From NCBI GenBank assembly GCA_029006755.1, contig JAQXGO010000104.1, forward strand, positions 1 to 55,955: 55,955 nt of DNA, in the 5' to 3' direction. The notes beneath the pieces were generated by a model. It searched no databases, was not told the origin of the DNA, and worked only from the letters and a program-made list of their open reading frames with translations. Shown in pieces: positions 10,772 to 21,597 of this stretch. The translations under genes and the position numbers were made by a program. The stretch's first letter is position 1, and each line of letters starts with the position of its first letter. The stretch comes from Clostridia bacterium. GTDB lineage: Bacteria; Bacillota; Clostridia; UMGS1883; UMGS1540.

Positions 10772-13390
10772 ATGCAGGAAATTAATAAAACTTATGAGCC
10801 GTCCAAAGTGGAGAAACGGCTGTATAAAAAGTGGCAGGACAATGGCTATTTTAGTGCAAAGCCGGATCCTGACAAGAAACCATTCTGTATTGTAATCCCA
10901 CCGCCAAATGTAACAGGACAGCTGCATATGGGACATGCACTGGATGAAACCTTGCAGGATATATTGATTCGATTCAAGAGAATGCAGGGATATAGTACAC
11001 TTTGGATACCGGGCACAGATCATGCCGGTATTGCAACGCAAATTAAGGTGGAAGAACATTTGCGAAAAACAGAGGGTATTACGCGCTATGATTTGGGGCG
11101 CGAAAAATTTTTGGAACGCGTTTGGGACTGGAAAAAGCAGTTTGGCGATAGAATCATCAATCAGCTGAAATCCCTTGGTAGCTCTTGTGATTGGTCAAGA
11201 GAACGCTTTACGATGGATGAGGGCTGCTCAAAGGCAGTGCGAGAAGTGTTCGTAAAGCTGTATGAGAAAGGACTTATTTATAAAGGAAATCGCATCATAA
11301 ACTGGTGTCCCCATTGCTTGACGGCGCTTTCTGATGCGGAGGTCGAATATAGCGAACAGGCCGGCCATTTTTGGTATATTAAGTACCCTGTGAAGGATGA
11401 AGATAACTATGTAATCATTGCAACAACAAGACCGGAAACCCTTTTGGGTGATACGGCTGTTGCGGTCAATCCTACAGATGAAAGATTTGCTTCTTTGGTG
11501 GGCAAAACACTTGTTCTTCCATTGGTAGGGCGCGAAATCCCTGTCATTGCAGATGAATATGTTGATAAGGAGTTTGGTACCGGTGCTGTGAAGATTACGC
11601 CGGCACATGACCCCAATGACTTTGAGGTTGGGAAACGGCATGGACTTGCGCAGATAAAGGTGTTAAATGATGACGCAACGATTTGTGATTGCGGCGGAAA
11701 ATACGCCGGAATGGATCGCTACGAAGCCAGAAAGGCTATGGTGGAGGACTTAGAAAAGGAAGGCCTTTTGGTTAAAATAGAGGAGCATAGCCACAATGTT
11801 GGGGAATGTTACCGCTGCGGTACTACCGTAGAGCCTTTGACCTCTGACCAGTGGTTTGTAAAAATGGAGCCGCTTGCAAAAGAGGCAATTCGCGTTGTGA
11901 AGGATGAAACGATTTCCTTTATCCCTGCTCGTTTTTCCAAGACCTATTTGAATTGGATGGAAAACGTACATGACTGGTGTATTTCCCGTCAGCTTTGGTG
12001 GGGGCATCGCATTCCGGCATTCTATTGCGAAAAGTGCGGTAAAATGGTCGTTTCACGCGAGGATCTGCATACTTGTGAATGCGGCGGCAAAATGAAACAG
12101 GAGGACGATGTATTAGATACATGGTTCAGTTCTGCGCTGTGGCCGTTCTCTACACTGGGTTGGCCTGAAAAAACAGAGGAGCTTTCCTATTATTACCCCA
12201 CAAGCGTTTTGGTTACCGGTTATGATATTATCTTCTTCTGGGTGGCTCGCATGATTTTCTCCGGCATGGAGCATATGCAGGCACCGCCCTTTAAAAATGT
12301 GTTTATTCATGGCCTTGTGCGAGATAGTCAGGGCCGCAAAATGTCAAAATCCCTCGGCAATGGCATTGACCCGCTGGAGGTGATCGACCAGTATGGTGCG
12401 GATGCGCTGCGCTTTACTTTGGCTACCGGTAATTCCCCCGGGAATGACATGCGCTTTTACATGGAACGTGTAGAGGCAAGCAGAAACTTTGCTAATAAGC
12501 TTTGGAATGCCGCACGCTTTGTTATGATGAATTTGGATATTGACACGGTAACAAGGCCGGAGAATCCGTCGATTGAGGATAAATGGATCTTATCGAAATA
12601 CAATACTTTGGTCAAAGAGGTTACAGAGAACTTAGAGCACTATGAAGTCGGCATTGCCCTGGGTAAGCTGTATGACTTTATTTGGGGTGTGTACTGCGAT
12701 TGGTACATTGAACTTACAAAGCCGCGCCTTTATGATGCGGAATGTGCGTCAAGAAAAGATGCACAGAATACACTGTGTTATGTATTGGCAGGCACTTTAA
12801 AAATGCTGCATCCCTTTATGCCCTTTATTACTGAAGAATTGTACTGTGCATTGCCAACCGATGATGAGAGCATCATGATTGCACCGTGGCCGACTTATGC
12901 GGAGGAGCTTTCCTTCCCGGCGGAGGATGCAGACATGAGCCTTATCTGCGATGCAATCCGCAGTATTCGAAACACGCGTGCAGAAATGCAAATTCCGCCT
13001 TCTCGTAAAGCAAGCCTTTATGTTGTGACGGAAGAGAAAGCGCTTTTCAGCAGCTGTGAAGACTTCTTTAAGAAGCTTGCCGGTGCATCCGAGGTGATTT
13101 TAAAGGATGAAAAGGATGCAGATTGTGAGAAAGCTGCAACAATTGTTGTAAACGGTGCAACCCTGTATCTGCCTACGGATCAGCTGATTGATAAAGAAAA
13201 GGAAATTGCACGCCTTACAAAAGAAAAGGAAAACTTAGAAAATGAAATCCGCCGTGTAGAAGGCAAGCTTTCGAATCCCGGATTCTGCAGCAAGGCACCT
13301 GCAAAGCTCGTAGAAGAAGAAAAGGCAAAAATGGAAAAATACAAGGAAATGTTAGAAAAGGTGTTGGCAAGTATTGAAAGCTATAAGTAA
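10772..13390 (+). CDS. valS: Valyl-tRNA synthetase
   Basis: [31 protein letters not shown]-terminal coiled coil; ATG at 10772 after AAAGGAG. Confidence 0.99.
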   Translation: MQEINKTYEPSKVEKRLYKKWQDNGYFSAKPDPDKKPFCIVIPPPNVTGQLHMGHALDETLQDILIRFKRMQGYSTLWIPGTDHAGIATQIKVEEHLRKTEGITRYDLGREKFLERVWDWKKQFGDRIINQLKSLGSSCDWSRERFTMDEGCSKAVREVFVKLYEKGLIYKGNRIINWCPHCLTALSDAEVEYSEQAGHFWYIKYPVKDEDNYVIIATTRPETLLGDTAVAVNPTDERFASLVGKTLVLPLVGREIPVIADEYVDKEFGTGAVKITPAHDPNDFEVGKRHGLAQIKVLNDDATICDCGGKYAGMDRYEARKAMVEDLEKEGLLVKIEEHSHNVGECYRCGTTVEPLTSDQWFVKMEPLAKEAIRVVKDETISFIPARFSKTYLNWMENVHDWCISRQLWWGHRIPAFYCEKCGKMVVSREDLHTCECGGKMKQEDDVLDTWFSSALWPFSTLGWPEKTEELSYYYPTSVLVTGYDIIFFWVARMIFSGMEHMQAPPFKNVFIHGLVRDSQGRKMSKSLGNGIDPLEVIDQYGADALRFTLATGNSPGNDMRFYMERVEASRNFANKLWNAARFVMMNLDIDTVTRPENPSIEDKWILSKYNTLVKEVTENLEHYEVGIALGKLYDFIWGVYCDWYIELTKPRLYDAECASRKDAQNTLCYVLAGTLKMLHPFMPFITEELYCALPTDDESIMIAPWPTYAEELSFPAEDADMSLICDAIRSIRNTRAEMQIPPSRKASLYVVTEEKALFSSCEDFFKKLAGASEVILKDEKDADCEKAATIVVNGATLYLPTDQLIDKEKEIARLTKEKENLENEIRRVEGKLSNPGFCSKAPAKLVEEEKAKMEKYKEMLEKVLASIESYK

Positions 13391-14672
13391 TATTGAGGAA
13401 GCTTTGTCGTTTATTCATGGCTCGAAGAAGCTGGGTTCAAAGCTTGGGCTTGCCAATATTAAAGAATTATGCATGCGCGTGGGTGAGCCGCAAAAAAAGC
13501 TACGGTTTATCCATGTGGCCGGAACAAATGGGAAAGGCACGGTGACGACAGCTGTTGCGGCCGTTCTGAAGTCGGCAGGCTATAAAACCGGGGCATATAC
13601 ATCTCCATATGTGTATCAGTTTAATGAAAGAATTGCGATAGATGGCAAGCCAATTACGGATGCAGAGATAGCACGTCATACCAATTCGGTATATGAGGCT
13701 TGTGCTGCAATGGTAAAGGATGGGTTTAGTCACCCTACGGAGTTTGAAATCGTAACTGCTGTTGGGTTCCTGTGCTTTGCGGCGGCCGCATGCGAATATG
13801 TGGTTTTGGAGGTAGGTCTTGGTGGGCGCTTAGATGCTACCAATGTCATTGAGAATCCGATTTGTACCGTAATTACGCAAATTGGCTATGACCATATGGA
13901 ATACTTAGGCAATTCCTTGGCAGACATTGCAGCTGAAAAATGCGGAATAGTTAAGTCAGGCATACCGACAGTGATAAGTGCAGAGGAACCCATGGAAGCC
14001 CTGCGCGTAATCAAAGATTGCTGTGAGAAGAAGCATGTGCCGCTTTCTATTGCAAAGATGCCGCAGAAGGTGCAAAACAAGAGAGAAGGCTGTTATTTTT
14101 CAGTTGGTGCATACGACAACCTTTTTCTGCCACTGGCAGGAACGCACATGGCGAAGAACGCTTGCCTTGCGGTACAAGTGATTGAGGTACTGCGGGAGCG
14201 TGGCATTACCATTTCCGATCGGGATTTATACGAAGGCCTTCAATCGGTTGTGCATCGCGGCAGATTTGAAACCATTCATACGGCGCCGCTTTGCATTGTG
14301 GACGGTGCACATAATATGGATGGCATTACTGCTTTTTTGGATACTGTGGCAGAAATCTTGCCAAATAAAAATCTGGTACTTGTATTTGGTATGCTGGCGG
14401 ATAAAGAGTATAAAAAGGCTTTAGAGGCAATTGGCAGCACAGGGAAAATGCTGATAACGATAACGGTACCGTCCCCGCGTGCCGCAACAGCGGCGTTATT
14501 ATGCAAGGAATCCAATCACCCGAATACTGTGGCAGCGGAGAGCATAGAGAAGGCGATAGAAATGGCATTTAGCGAAAAACCGGATGCTGTGCTGGCTTTT
14601 GGTTCTCTTTATATGCTGGCAGATATTTATGCGGCAGTAAAAAAGTGTAGTGAGGGTAAGATATGCGAGTGA
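13374..14672 (+). CDS. folC: Folylpolyglutamate synthase/dihydrofolate synthase
   Basis: [36 protein letters not shown]; classic valS-folC linkage. Start codon approximate. Confidence 0.95.
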   Translation: MKAISNIEEALSFIHGSKKLGSKLGLANIKELCMRVGEPQKKLRFIHVAGTNGKGTVTTAVAAVLKSAGYKTGAYTSPYVYQFNERIAIDGKPITDAEIARHTNSVYEACAAMVKDGFSHPTEFEIVTAVGFLCFAAAACEYVVLEVGLGGRLDATNVIENPICTVITQIGYDHMEYLGNSLADIAAEKCGIVKSGIPTVISAEEPMEALRVIKDCCEKKHVPLSIAKMPQKVQNKREGCYFSVGAYDNLFLPLAGTHMAKNACLAVQVIEVLRERGITISDRDLYEGLQSVVHRGRFETIHTAPLCIVDGAHNMDGITAFLDTVAEILPNKNLVLVFGMLADKEYKKALEAIGSTGKMLITITVPSPRAATAALLCKESNHPNTVAAESIEKAIEMAFSEKPDAVLAFGSLYMLADIYAAVKKCSEGKICE

Positions 14673-15211
14673 TTTCCGGGTCGGCAAGAGGGAAAAAGCT
14701 TCTTTGTCTTGCAGGAAATGCAACAAGACCTACAACCGATAGAGTTAAGGAATCTATTTTTAATATCATTGCATCTTATGTGCGTGATGCTTCAGCACTG
14801 GATCTTTTTGCCGGTAGCGGTGCGCTTGGAATAGAAGCGTTATCGCGCGGGGCAAAAAAGTGTACATTTGTGGAGAATAGCAGGGAAGCGATTTCTGTGG
14901 TGCAGGAGAATATTAAAGGGGCAAAAGTATCGGCGGCAACGGTGGTGTTCATGGAGGCATGCGCCTTTTTAGAGAAAACAACAGAAACATTCGATTTGAT
15001 TTTTCTTGACCCACCGTATGATGCGGATTTATATAGTACAGTGTTGAAGCGTATAACAACGCGAGGGCTTTTGTCGGCGGCAGGCATTATTGTCGTGGAG
15101 AGGAGAGCCAATGCGCCTGTACCCACAGCCGAGGGATTACAGATTATAACAGATAGAAAATATGGACAAACAGCAATTTCTATATTGAAAGGATGCGAGA
15201 CGTATGATTAA
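14663..15211 (+). CDS. rsmD: 16S rRNA m2G966 methyltransferase
   Basis: [47 protein letters not shown]. Confidence 0.95.
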   Translation: MRVISGSARGKKLLCLAGNATRPTTDRVKESIFNIIASYVRDASALDLFAGSGALGIEALSRGAKKCTFVENSREAISVVQENIKGAKVSAATVVFMEACAFLEKTTETFDLIFLDPPYDADLYSTVLKRITTRGLLSAAGIIVVERRANAPVPTAEGLQIITDRKYGQTAISILKGCETYD

Positions 15212-16169
15212 AACAGTTGGTGTACTGACAAGCGGCGGTGATGCGCCGGGCATGAATGCTGCAATTCGTGCAGTGGTTAGAACAGGTATCGCAATGGATT
15301 TACGCGTGATGGGCATTTATCAGGGGTATCAAGGTCTTATCAATGGCGAGATTAAGGAATTGACACTGCGCAGCGTTTCCGATACGTTGCAGCGCGGCGG
15401 TACGTTTTTGCAGTCGGCACGATGCAAAGCCTTTATGACCGAGAAGGGTGTAAAAAGTGCCATAGAGGTTGCTAAGGTCTTCGGAATGGATGCCATTGTG
15501 GTTATCGGGGGAGATGGATCTTTCCGCGGCGCACGGGAACTCAGCCGCATGGGCATGACCGTTGTAGGTATTCCGGGAACCATAGATAATGATATTGATT
15601 GCACAGACTATACGATTGGGTATGACACGGCAATGAATACTGCAATGGAAGCGATTGATAAAATTCGCGATACCGCCTCCAGTCATCAAAGATGCAGTAT
15701 TGTAGAAGTGATGGGGCGCGGGGCAGGGCATATTGCCCTTAGTGTATCCATTGCAAACGGAGCAGAAGCTGTGATTGTGCCGGAAAAAGAATATTCGATT
15801 GACGAGGACATTGTAAAGCCTATTTTTGAATGCAGAAACCGCGGTAAAAATCATTATATTATTATTCTGGCAGAAGGTGTCGGCAAAGCAGACGAAATTG
15901 CAAGCGCCATTCATCAGAAGACGGGTATTGATGCACGCGTTTCCATTTTAGGGTATATCCAGCGCGGCGGCAGTCCAACGGCCAGAGATAGAATTGAAGC
16001 CAGCCGTATGGGCGCTCATGCGGTAGAAATTCTTGCCAAGGGCTGTGACAGCCGCATTGTTGCATTGAAAGACGGCATGATTACAGACATCCCGATTGAG
16101 GAAGCACTGCAAATGAAAAAGGAAATCAGCAAGTCAGACTTGGCATTGACAAAAGTTTTATCCCTTTGA
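15204..16169 (+). CDS. pfkA: ATP-dependent 6-phosphofructokinase
   Basis: LTSGGDAPGMNAA, GGDGS, PGTIDNDI, EVMGR, QRGG. Confidence 0.97.
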   Translation: MIKTVGVLTSGGDAPGMNAAIRAVVRTGIAMDLRVMGIYQGYQGLINGEIKELTLRSVSDTLQRGGTFLQSARCKAFMTEKGVKSAIEVAKVFGMDAIVVIGGDGSFRGARELSRMGMTVVGIPGTIDNDIDCTDYTIGYDTAMNTAMEAIDKIRDTASSHQRCSIVEVMGRGAGHIALSVSIANGAEAVIVPEKEYSIDEDIVKPIFECRNRGKNHYIIILAEGVGKADEIASAIHQKTGIDARVSILGYIQRGGSPTARDRIEASRMGAHAVEILAKGCDSRIVALKDGMITDIPIEEALQMKKEISKSDLALTKVLSL

Positions 16170-16220
16170 TTTTCTGCGACAAACAAAATCAAAAAAATCG
16201 CCTGTAAAGCGACATAAAAT

Positions 16221-16273
16221 GCATCCCTTTTCCTGTATACTTATAGTGAGGACAGGAGGAGGGATGTTTTTTT
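16221..16273 (+). terminator. Terminator-like hairpin overlapping the spoIIGA -10 and RBS
   Basis: 16-bp stem 16221-16236/16252-16267 (three G-U pairs) followed by T7 directly before the ATG. Confidence 0.6.
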
Positions 16274-17167
16274 ATGACAGTCTATGCGGATGTCCTTTTC
16301 CTAATTAATTTTATTATCAATTACATATTACTTTTTTTAACAGCAAAGATCGCAAGGTTAAAACCAATACGATGGAGGCTCTTGCTTGGTGCGATATTAG
16401 GCGCTTTATATGCAGTTTTTTTGTTTTTTCCAAGGCTATCCTTTGGATATACGGCTCTTGCAAAGTTTTTGTTTTCTCTTGCGGTGGTCGCGCTTACGTA
16501 TCACATTCACGGCTTGCGGCTTTACATGAAGGCGGTTGGCATTTTCTATTTGGTGACTTTTAGCCTGGGCGGCGGTGTAATGGCGCTGTTTCAGTTTACC
16601 GATATTGGTGCAAGCCTCGGCATGGTGATTAAAAATGGTGTTTTTTATATGCAAATGCCATGGTATGTACTGCTTTTAGCAATTTGCGCGGTATACGCCG
16701 TAATTCGCGGTGTATGGGGGGCGCTGCAAAACCGATTGTCCAGGGAGAATATGTATGTAAAGGTCGGAATTCTATGGGAGGGACGCGAAGCCTGGATGGA
16801 TGCACTTTTAGATACCGGGAACGTGCTCTGCGATCCGCTTTCGAAAACCCCGGTTATTATTGCCGAGTATCAAAAGCTGATGCCTGTCCTACCGCAAAGT
16901 ATGAAGGATGCTGTAGAGAAAAGCGGGACAGTAAAGATTGAGGAAATTCAGGAACCGGCTGTGTTGGAAAGACTTCGTGTAATTCCTTTTACCTCTCTTG
17001 GAAAAGAGCATGGCATGCTTGTGGGGTTTCGTCCGGACAGTGCTAAAATTTTAGAAAATGAGCAGTTGAAAGATGCAGGAAATGTGATTGTCGGCATTTA
17101 TGAAAAGCCATTAACAAGGGACAGAAGCTATGGTGCACTCCTGCATCCCATGTTGCTTGGACATTAA
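16274..17167 (+). CDS. spoIIGA: Sigma-E processing aspartic peptidase
   Basis: N-terminal [11 protein letters not shown], several TM helices, catalytic [18 protein letters not shown]; directly upstream of sigE. Confidence 0.95.
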   Translation: MTVYADVLFLINFIINYILLFLTAKIARLKPIRWRLLLGAILGALYAVFLFFPRLSFGYTALAKFLFSLAVVALTYHIHGLRLYMKAVGIFYLVTFSLGGGVMALFQFTDIGASLGMVIKNGVFYMQMPWYVLLLAICAVYAVIRGVWGALQNRLSRENMYVKVGILWEGREAWMDALLDTGNVLCDPLSKTPVIIAEYQKLMPVLPQSMKDAVEKSGTVKIEEIQEPAVLERLRVIPFTSLGKEHGMLVGFRPDSAKILENEQLKDAGNVIVGIYEKPLTRDRSYGALLHPMLLGH

Positions 17168-17184
17168 AGAAAGAAGGCAAGAAA

Positions 17185-17883
17185 ATGAAGTGGGCAGATC
17201 TGCTGCGTCGGATTTTGGGACGTATGTACAAAAGCGAGATTTATTATATCGGCGGCAACGATATATTACCACAACCCTTGTCAGCGGAGGAGGAGGCAGC
17301 ACTGATCGCCGCATTGCCGGCTGGCGGAGAAAAGACACGGCGCATACTGATTGAACATAATCTGCGCCTTGTTGTGTACATCGCACGAAAATTTGACAAC
17401 ACAGCCGTGGGCGTAGAGGACTTGATTTCCATTGGTACAATAGGGCTCATTAAAGCGGTCAGCACCTTTCAGCCGGAAAAGAAAATTAAGCTTGCAACCT
17501 ATGCTTCTCGCTGTATTGAGAATGAGATTCTGATGTATTTACGAAAAAATATGGCAAGACGAACAGAGGTATCCATTGATGAACCCCTCAATGTGGATTG
17601 GGACGGAAATGAGCTGCTTCTTTCTGATGTGCTGGGAACGGATAATGATTTGGTGTATCAAAGAATAGAGGGGGAAGAAGAGCATAAAATGCTTCTGGCG
17701 GCGATGGAAAAGCTTTCGGAACGAGAACGTACGATTATGAAGCTGCGGTTTGGGCTTGGCGGGTGCAACGAAAAGACGCAAAAAGAGGTGGCTGACATGT
17801 TAGGCATCAGCCAATCCTACATTTCGCGTCTTGAAAAACGAATTATTGCAAGATTGCAAAGAGAATTTGCAGCGATGGGCTAA
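17185..17883 (+). CDS. sigE: Sporulation sigma factor pro-sigma-E
   Basis: [78 protein letters not shown]. Confidence 0.97.
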   Translation: MKWADLLRRILGRMYKSEIYYIGGNDILPQPLSAEEEAALIAALPAGGEKTRRILIEHNLRLVVYIARKFDNTAVGVEDLISIGTIGLIKAVSTFQPEKKIKLATYASRCIENEILMYLRKNMARRTEVSIDEPLNVDWDGNELLLSDVLGTDNDLVYQRIEGEEEHKMLLAAMEKLSERERTIMKLRFGLGGCNEKTQKEVADMLGISQSYISRLEKRIIARLQREFAAMG

Positions 17884-19046
17884 AACAGCTGATGGCCGCC
17901 GTCGCCGGCATCGGTTACATAAAAAGAAGGGGCGTATCCGATAACCTTTGTATAGGCTTCGGCAACGTGCTTTTGAAAGGCTTCTACACACTCGCATTTC
18001 ACAAGGCTTACTGTGCATCCGCCAAAGCCGGCACCGGTCATACGGGAGCCTAAGCATCCCTCTTCCTTGCGGGCGGCATCTACCAAGGTATCCAGTTCAA
18101 TGCCGGTGACTTCATACAGGTCTCTTAATGAGTCATGGGAGGCATTCATGTATGTGCCAAAGGCGGCAATATCGCCATTTTGCAAGGCTTCTGCAGAGCG
18201 TAGCACACGATCGCATTCGTAAATTACATGCTCGGCACGTTTGGCAACAGTGGGATTTGCAATGACACGACGGGTTTCTTCAAATACATCGGGTGCAATT
18301 TGCCCTAAATAATGTTTGTCAGGCAGGACAGTTTGCAGAGCGGCTAAAGCTTTTTCACATTCTGTCCGTCTTTCGTTATATTTACTGGTAATCAGGCTCC
18401 GCTTTTTATTGGTATTGGCAATCACGATGCGAATGTCCTTTAAAGCGAGAGGAATTAAAGAATAGGATAAATCCTTACAATCCAAGAAGATCGCATGATC
18501 CTTTTTTCCCATAGCAGAAGCAAACTGATCCATAATGCCGCAGGAAACGCCAACATATTCATTTTCGGCTTTCTGCCCGATGGTGGCCATTTCGCGCATG
18601 TCCGGTTGTTTGCCCGTAGACAGAACATAAAGGCAAAGTGCAGTGGCAATCTCAATACCGGCAGAGGAGGAAAGACCGCCTCCATGCGGCGTTGTGTCAT
18701 GGAAAAGCAGGTCACAACCACAAACCGGCACACCGGATTGTATCAAGGCTTTGGCAATTCCCATTTGATAGTTTCCCCAAGGCAGTGATTTATACGCATC
18801 CATCGTATCGAATGAAGCATCAACAAAATCAGGGAGGTCAGTAGCACACATCCGAATTCGGCCGTCTTCTCTTTTGCGGGCAATAATAGTAGTCCCAAGG
18901 GTGATGGCAGCGGGAAATACGAAGCCGCCATTATAGTCTGTATGTTCCCCGATTAGATTTACCCGACCGGGAGAGAAAAAGGCATGCAGTGTGCCGCCTG
19001 CCCCAAACCGCGCAACAAATTCTTTCTGCAGCATATCTATTGTCAT
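17880..19046 (-). CDS. galK: Galactokinase
   Basis: [41 protein letters not shown]. Confidence 0.97.
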   Translation of the reverse strand: MTIDMLQKEFVARFGAGGTLHAFFSPGRVNLIGEHTDYNGGFVFPAAITLGTTIIARKREDGRIRMCATDLPDFVDASFDTMDAYKSLPWGNYQMGIAKALIQSGVPVCGCDLLFHDTTPHGGGLSSSAGIEIATALCLYVLSTGKQPDMREMATIGQKAENEYVGVSCGIMDQFASAMGKKDHAIFLDCKDLSYSLIPLALKDIRIVIANTNKKRSLITSKYNERRTECEKALAALQTVLPDKHYLGQIAPDVFEETRRVIANPTVAKRAEHVIYECDRVLRSAEALQNGDIAAFGTYMNASHDSLRDLYEVTGIELDTLVDAARKEEGCLGSRMTGAGFGGCTVSLVKCECVEAFQKHVAEAYTKVIGYAPSFYVTDAGDGGHQLF

Positions 19047-19047
19047 A

Positions 19048-20019
19048 TTATTCCACTCCGTTCATGTATTTTGCATACGCAGCACGCAATTCCGCTGCCT
19101 TTTCTTCGGGAGCAGTGGGATTGCAATGTGCCCAGGCACCGGTTTCACTGGATGCATTAAATTTCTGCTTATTTGCCGCGCGCATGGGCGGAAAGAATTC
19201 GATATGGAAATGGAAGTCCACGGGGTTTTCTATATTAACAGGTGCCTGGTGCATGCACATCATATAGGGAAATGCATAGTCAAAAAGTGAATCCAGCATG
19301 CCAACCGTGCGCTTGATTGCCTTGCCTAAATTCTCTCGTTCACGGGCAGTAAAGTCAGTAATATACTGTACGTGACGCTTTGCACCGATATAACATCCGT
19401 ACGGATATTCGGAATAGAAGGGGAGAAAGACCACAAAATCTTCATTTTCAAAAATCATGCGCTTTTCAAATCGTGCTTCTTCTTCCATCATATCGCAAAA
19501 CAGACAACGACCGGTTTCCTCCTTATAAGTGCGGAAGGATTCGGTTTCCAAAGCGAGCTTTTTCGGCAAGAAGGAGTATCCATAAATCTGGCCATGCGGA
19601 TGCGGCATCGTAACACCAACTACATCGCCACGGTTTTCAAAAATAAATACGTACTTGATCTTTTCATCCTTGCGCATCACATTAAAACGCTCGCACCAAA
19701 GATCAACAAGTGCACCAACATGCGCATCGGATAGTTGCGGCAAGGTTGCCGTATGATTCTTGGAGTAGAGAATGACTTCACATTTGCCGTGTGCAGGAGC
19801 CGTTTTATATACGCCGCCGGCCACATCATCCGGTGGCGGCGGATCCTGCCGAAGAGCGGGAAAGTCATTATCATATTCATAAACTGTAAAGTCATCCGGC
19901 ACCTTTCCGGAGCCGGGACAAAAGGGACACCAATCGCGAGGCATTTGAGGTCTTGCCTGTCTGTGGGAGGCAATCATAACCCAATCACGTGTTAACGGAT
20001 TCCACCTAAGTTCAGCCAT
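19048..20019 (-). CDS. galT: Galactose-1-phosphate uridylyltransferase (HIT-type)
   Basis: ELRWNPL, CPFCPG, NDFPAL, FENRG, catalytic HPHGQ; adjacent to galK. Confidence 0.95.
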   Translation of the reverse strand: MAELRWNPLTRDWVMIASHRQARPQMPRDWCPFCPGSGKVPDDFTVYEYDNDFPALRQDPPPPDDVAGGVYKTAPAHGKCEVILYSKNHTATLPQLSDAHVGALVDLWCERFNVMRKDEKIKYVFIFENRGDVVGVTMPHPHGQIYGYSFLPKKLALETESFRTYKEETGRCLFCDMMEEEARFEKRMIFENEDFVVFLPFYSEYPYGCYIGAKRHVQYITDFTARERENLGKAIKRTVGMLDSLFDYAFPYMMCMHQAPVNIENPVDFHFHIEFFPPMRAANKQKFNASSETGAWAHCNPTAPEEKAAELRAAYAKYMNGVE

Positions 20020-20111
20020 CTTATCTACCTTTCTGTTTTTTTAAAAATTATAGCAATAGATTTGCCCTTTGTAAATGGAATAATGCAGGGATAACCTATC
20101 ATTATGTGAGA

Positions 20112-21584
20112 TTATAGGATGGAACTTCCGCCAATGAATTCACGCAGAATAGAGGTGGGCGGAACCTTTTCATCGGTGATGGGATCGAAATAACGAATAA
20201 AGTCCAAAAGGCGCAGTACCGTTGCGTGGTGCCTTTCGCAATCGAGAGCGGAGGATAGAAGTGCCTCCGCCGGTTTCCGATATACGGCGAACTCATAGGA
20301 AAGCGCGGAGTTAAAGATAATATCCGCTTCCTCCTCGTAAGGAAAGATGTTTTGAATTTCCCCTTTTTGCACATCCGGCCACATATCGAGAGTGCCGATA
20401 GCCGGGGTGTTTCGGAAACGGCTGTCACGGATAATGCGGCGGATAAGGCGTGTGTCTGTAGGAGAAATTGGATTATATCGGTCGAAACATAGAACAGTGA
20501 GCGCACTGCAATACACCTTATAGAAGCATTGGGCGGGGATGCCGCGCGTCAGCTTCTCGTTCAGCGCATGAATTCCCTCAACCACCAGCACAGCCCCGCT
20601 TGGGAGCGAAATCGTGCGGCCCTCTGGCGCACGTTCTCCAACCGTAAAGTCAAATCGGGGCACGGTGACCGTTTCTCCGTTTATCAGGCGCAGCAAATGA
20701 TGGCTGAACAGTTCATGGTCAATAGCTTCCATGTTTTCATAATTCGGTTTTCCGTTCTCGTCCAAAGGCGTAGCAGAACGGCCGCGATAATAGTCATCAA
20801 GAGAAATAATCTGCGGTGTTATGCCAACAGCGCGCAGATGCAGCATTAAGCGATTGGCCGTGGTGGTTTTGCCGGACGAAGAAGGTCCGGAAATTAAAAT
20901 GATTTTCTTATTTAATATATCATTTTTGATTACATCCGCAATATAGGAAAGACGCTTTTCATGCATAATTTCAGAAATATTTATACACTCGGCAATTTTC
21001 CCTTCGCGAATCAGGGTATTCAAATCATACACATCTCGCACGCCGACAACATGGCTCCAGGCCCTGTAATCATTTATGGTTTGTAAAATCTTTTTGCCGC
21101 TATGAAATGGTTGCATTCTGCCGCCGTGATTGGGATGCGGATAGCGAAGGAGAAATCCTGCTTCAAACAGCACAAGTTCAAAATCGCGCAGAAATCCCGC
21201 ATGCGGAAATAATTGGCCATAAACACTGTAATACCTGCCGCTGTTTTCAAATAAGGTTACGGTATCTCGCGGAGTGCTTAAAAGCTTTTCAGCCGCCACA
21301 GGATCGCCGCAGCCTTGAAAAAGCGAAATCGCCTCTTGGATAGGTACGGTAATTGTTTTCAGTGGGAAACAGCTATGAATTAAAGTATGCATAGCATCTG
21401 TCAGCGCTTCCATATCCTTTTCGCTGGGGATATATCCTGGAATTTCGCAATACGTAGAACGATTGACAGATTGATGTACGTTCAGTGTATGACCGGGCAT
21501 CACTTGGTTCATTGCAGTAATTAAAATGAACAGTAGACTCTGGCGATAGGAACGATAGCCTTCATCCGTAGTGAATTTGTACAT
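20112..21584 (-). CDS. Nucleoside (uridine)-kinase-family protein with an N-terminal ThrRS N2-like region
   Basis: Walker A GPSSSGKTT, ISLDDYY, VEGIHALN, RLIRRIIRD; N-terminal YRQSL..L..A...HQSVN..YC resembles the ThrRS-like domain of this Firmicute family. Confidence 0.8.
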   Translation of the reverse strand: MYKFTTDEGYRSYRQSLLFILITAMNQVMPGHTLNVHQSVNRSTYCEIPGYIPSEKDMEALTDAMHTLIHSCFPLKTITVPIQEAISLFQGCGDPVAAEKLLSTPRDTVTLFENSGRYYSVYGQLFPHAGFLRDFELVLFEAGFLLRYPHPNHGGRMQPFHSGKKILQTINDYRAWSHVVGVRDVYDLNTLIREGKIAECINISEIMHEKRLSYIADVIKNDILNKKIILISGPSSSGKTTTANRLMLHLRAVGITPQIISLDDYYRGRSATPLDENGKPNYENMEAIDHELFSHHLLRLINGETVTVPRFDFTVGERAPEGRTISLPSGAVLVVEGIHALNEKLTRGIPAQCFYKVYCSALTVLCFDRYNPISPTDTRLIRRIIRDSRFRNTPAIGTLDMWPDVQKGEIQNIFPYEEEADIIFNSALSYEFAVYRKPAEALLSSALDCERHHATVLRLLDFIRYFDPITDEKVPPTSILREFIGGSSIL

Positions 21585-21597
21585 ATAAAATCCCCCT

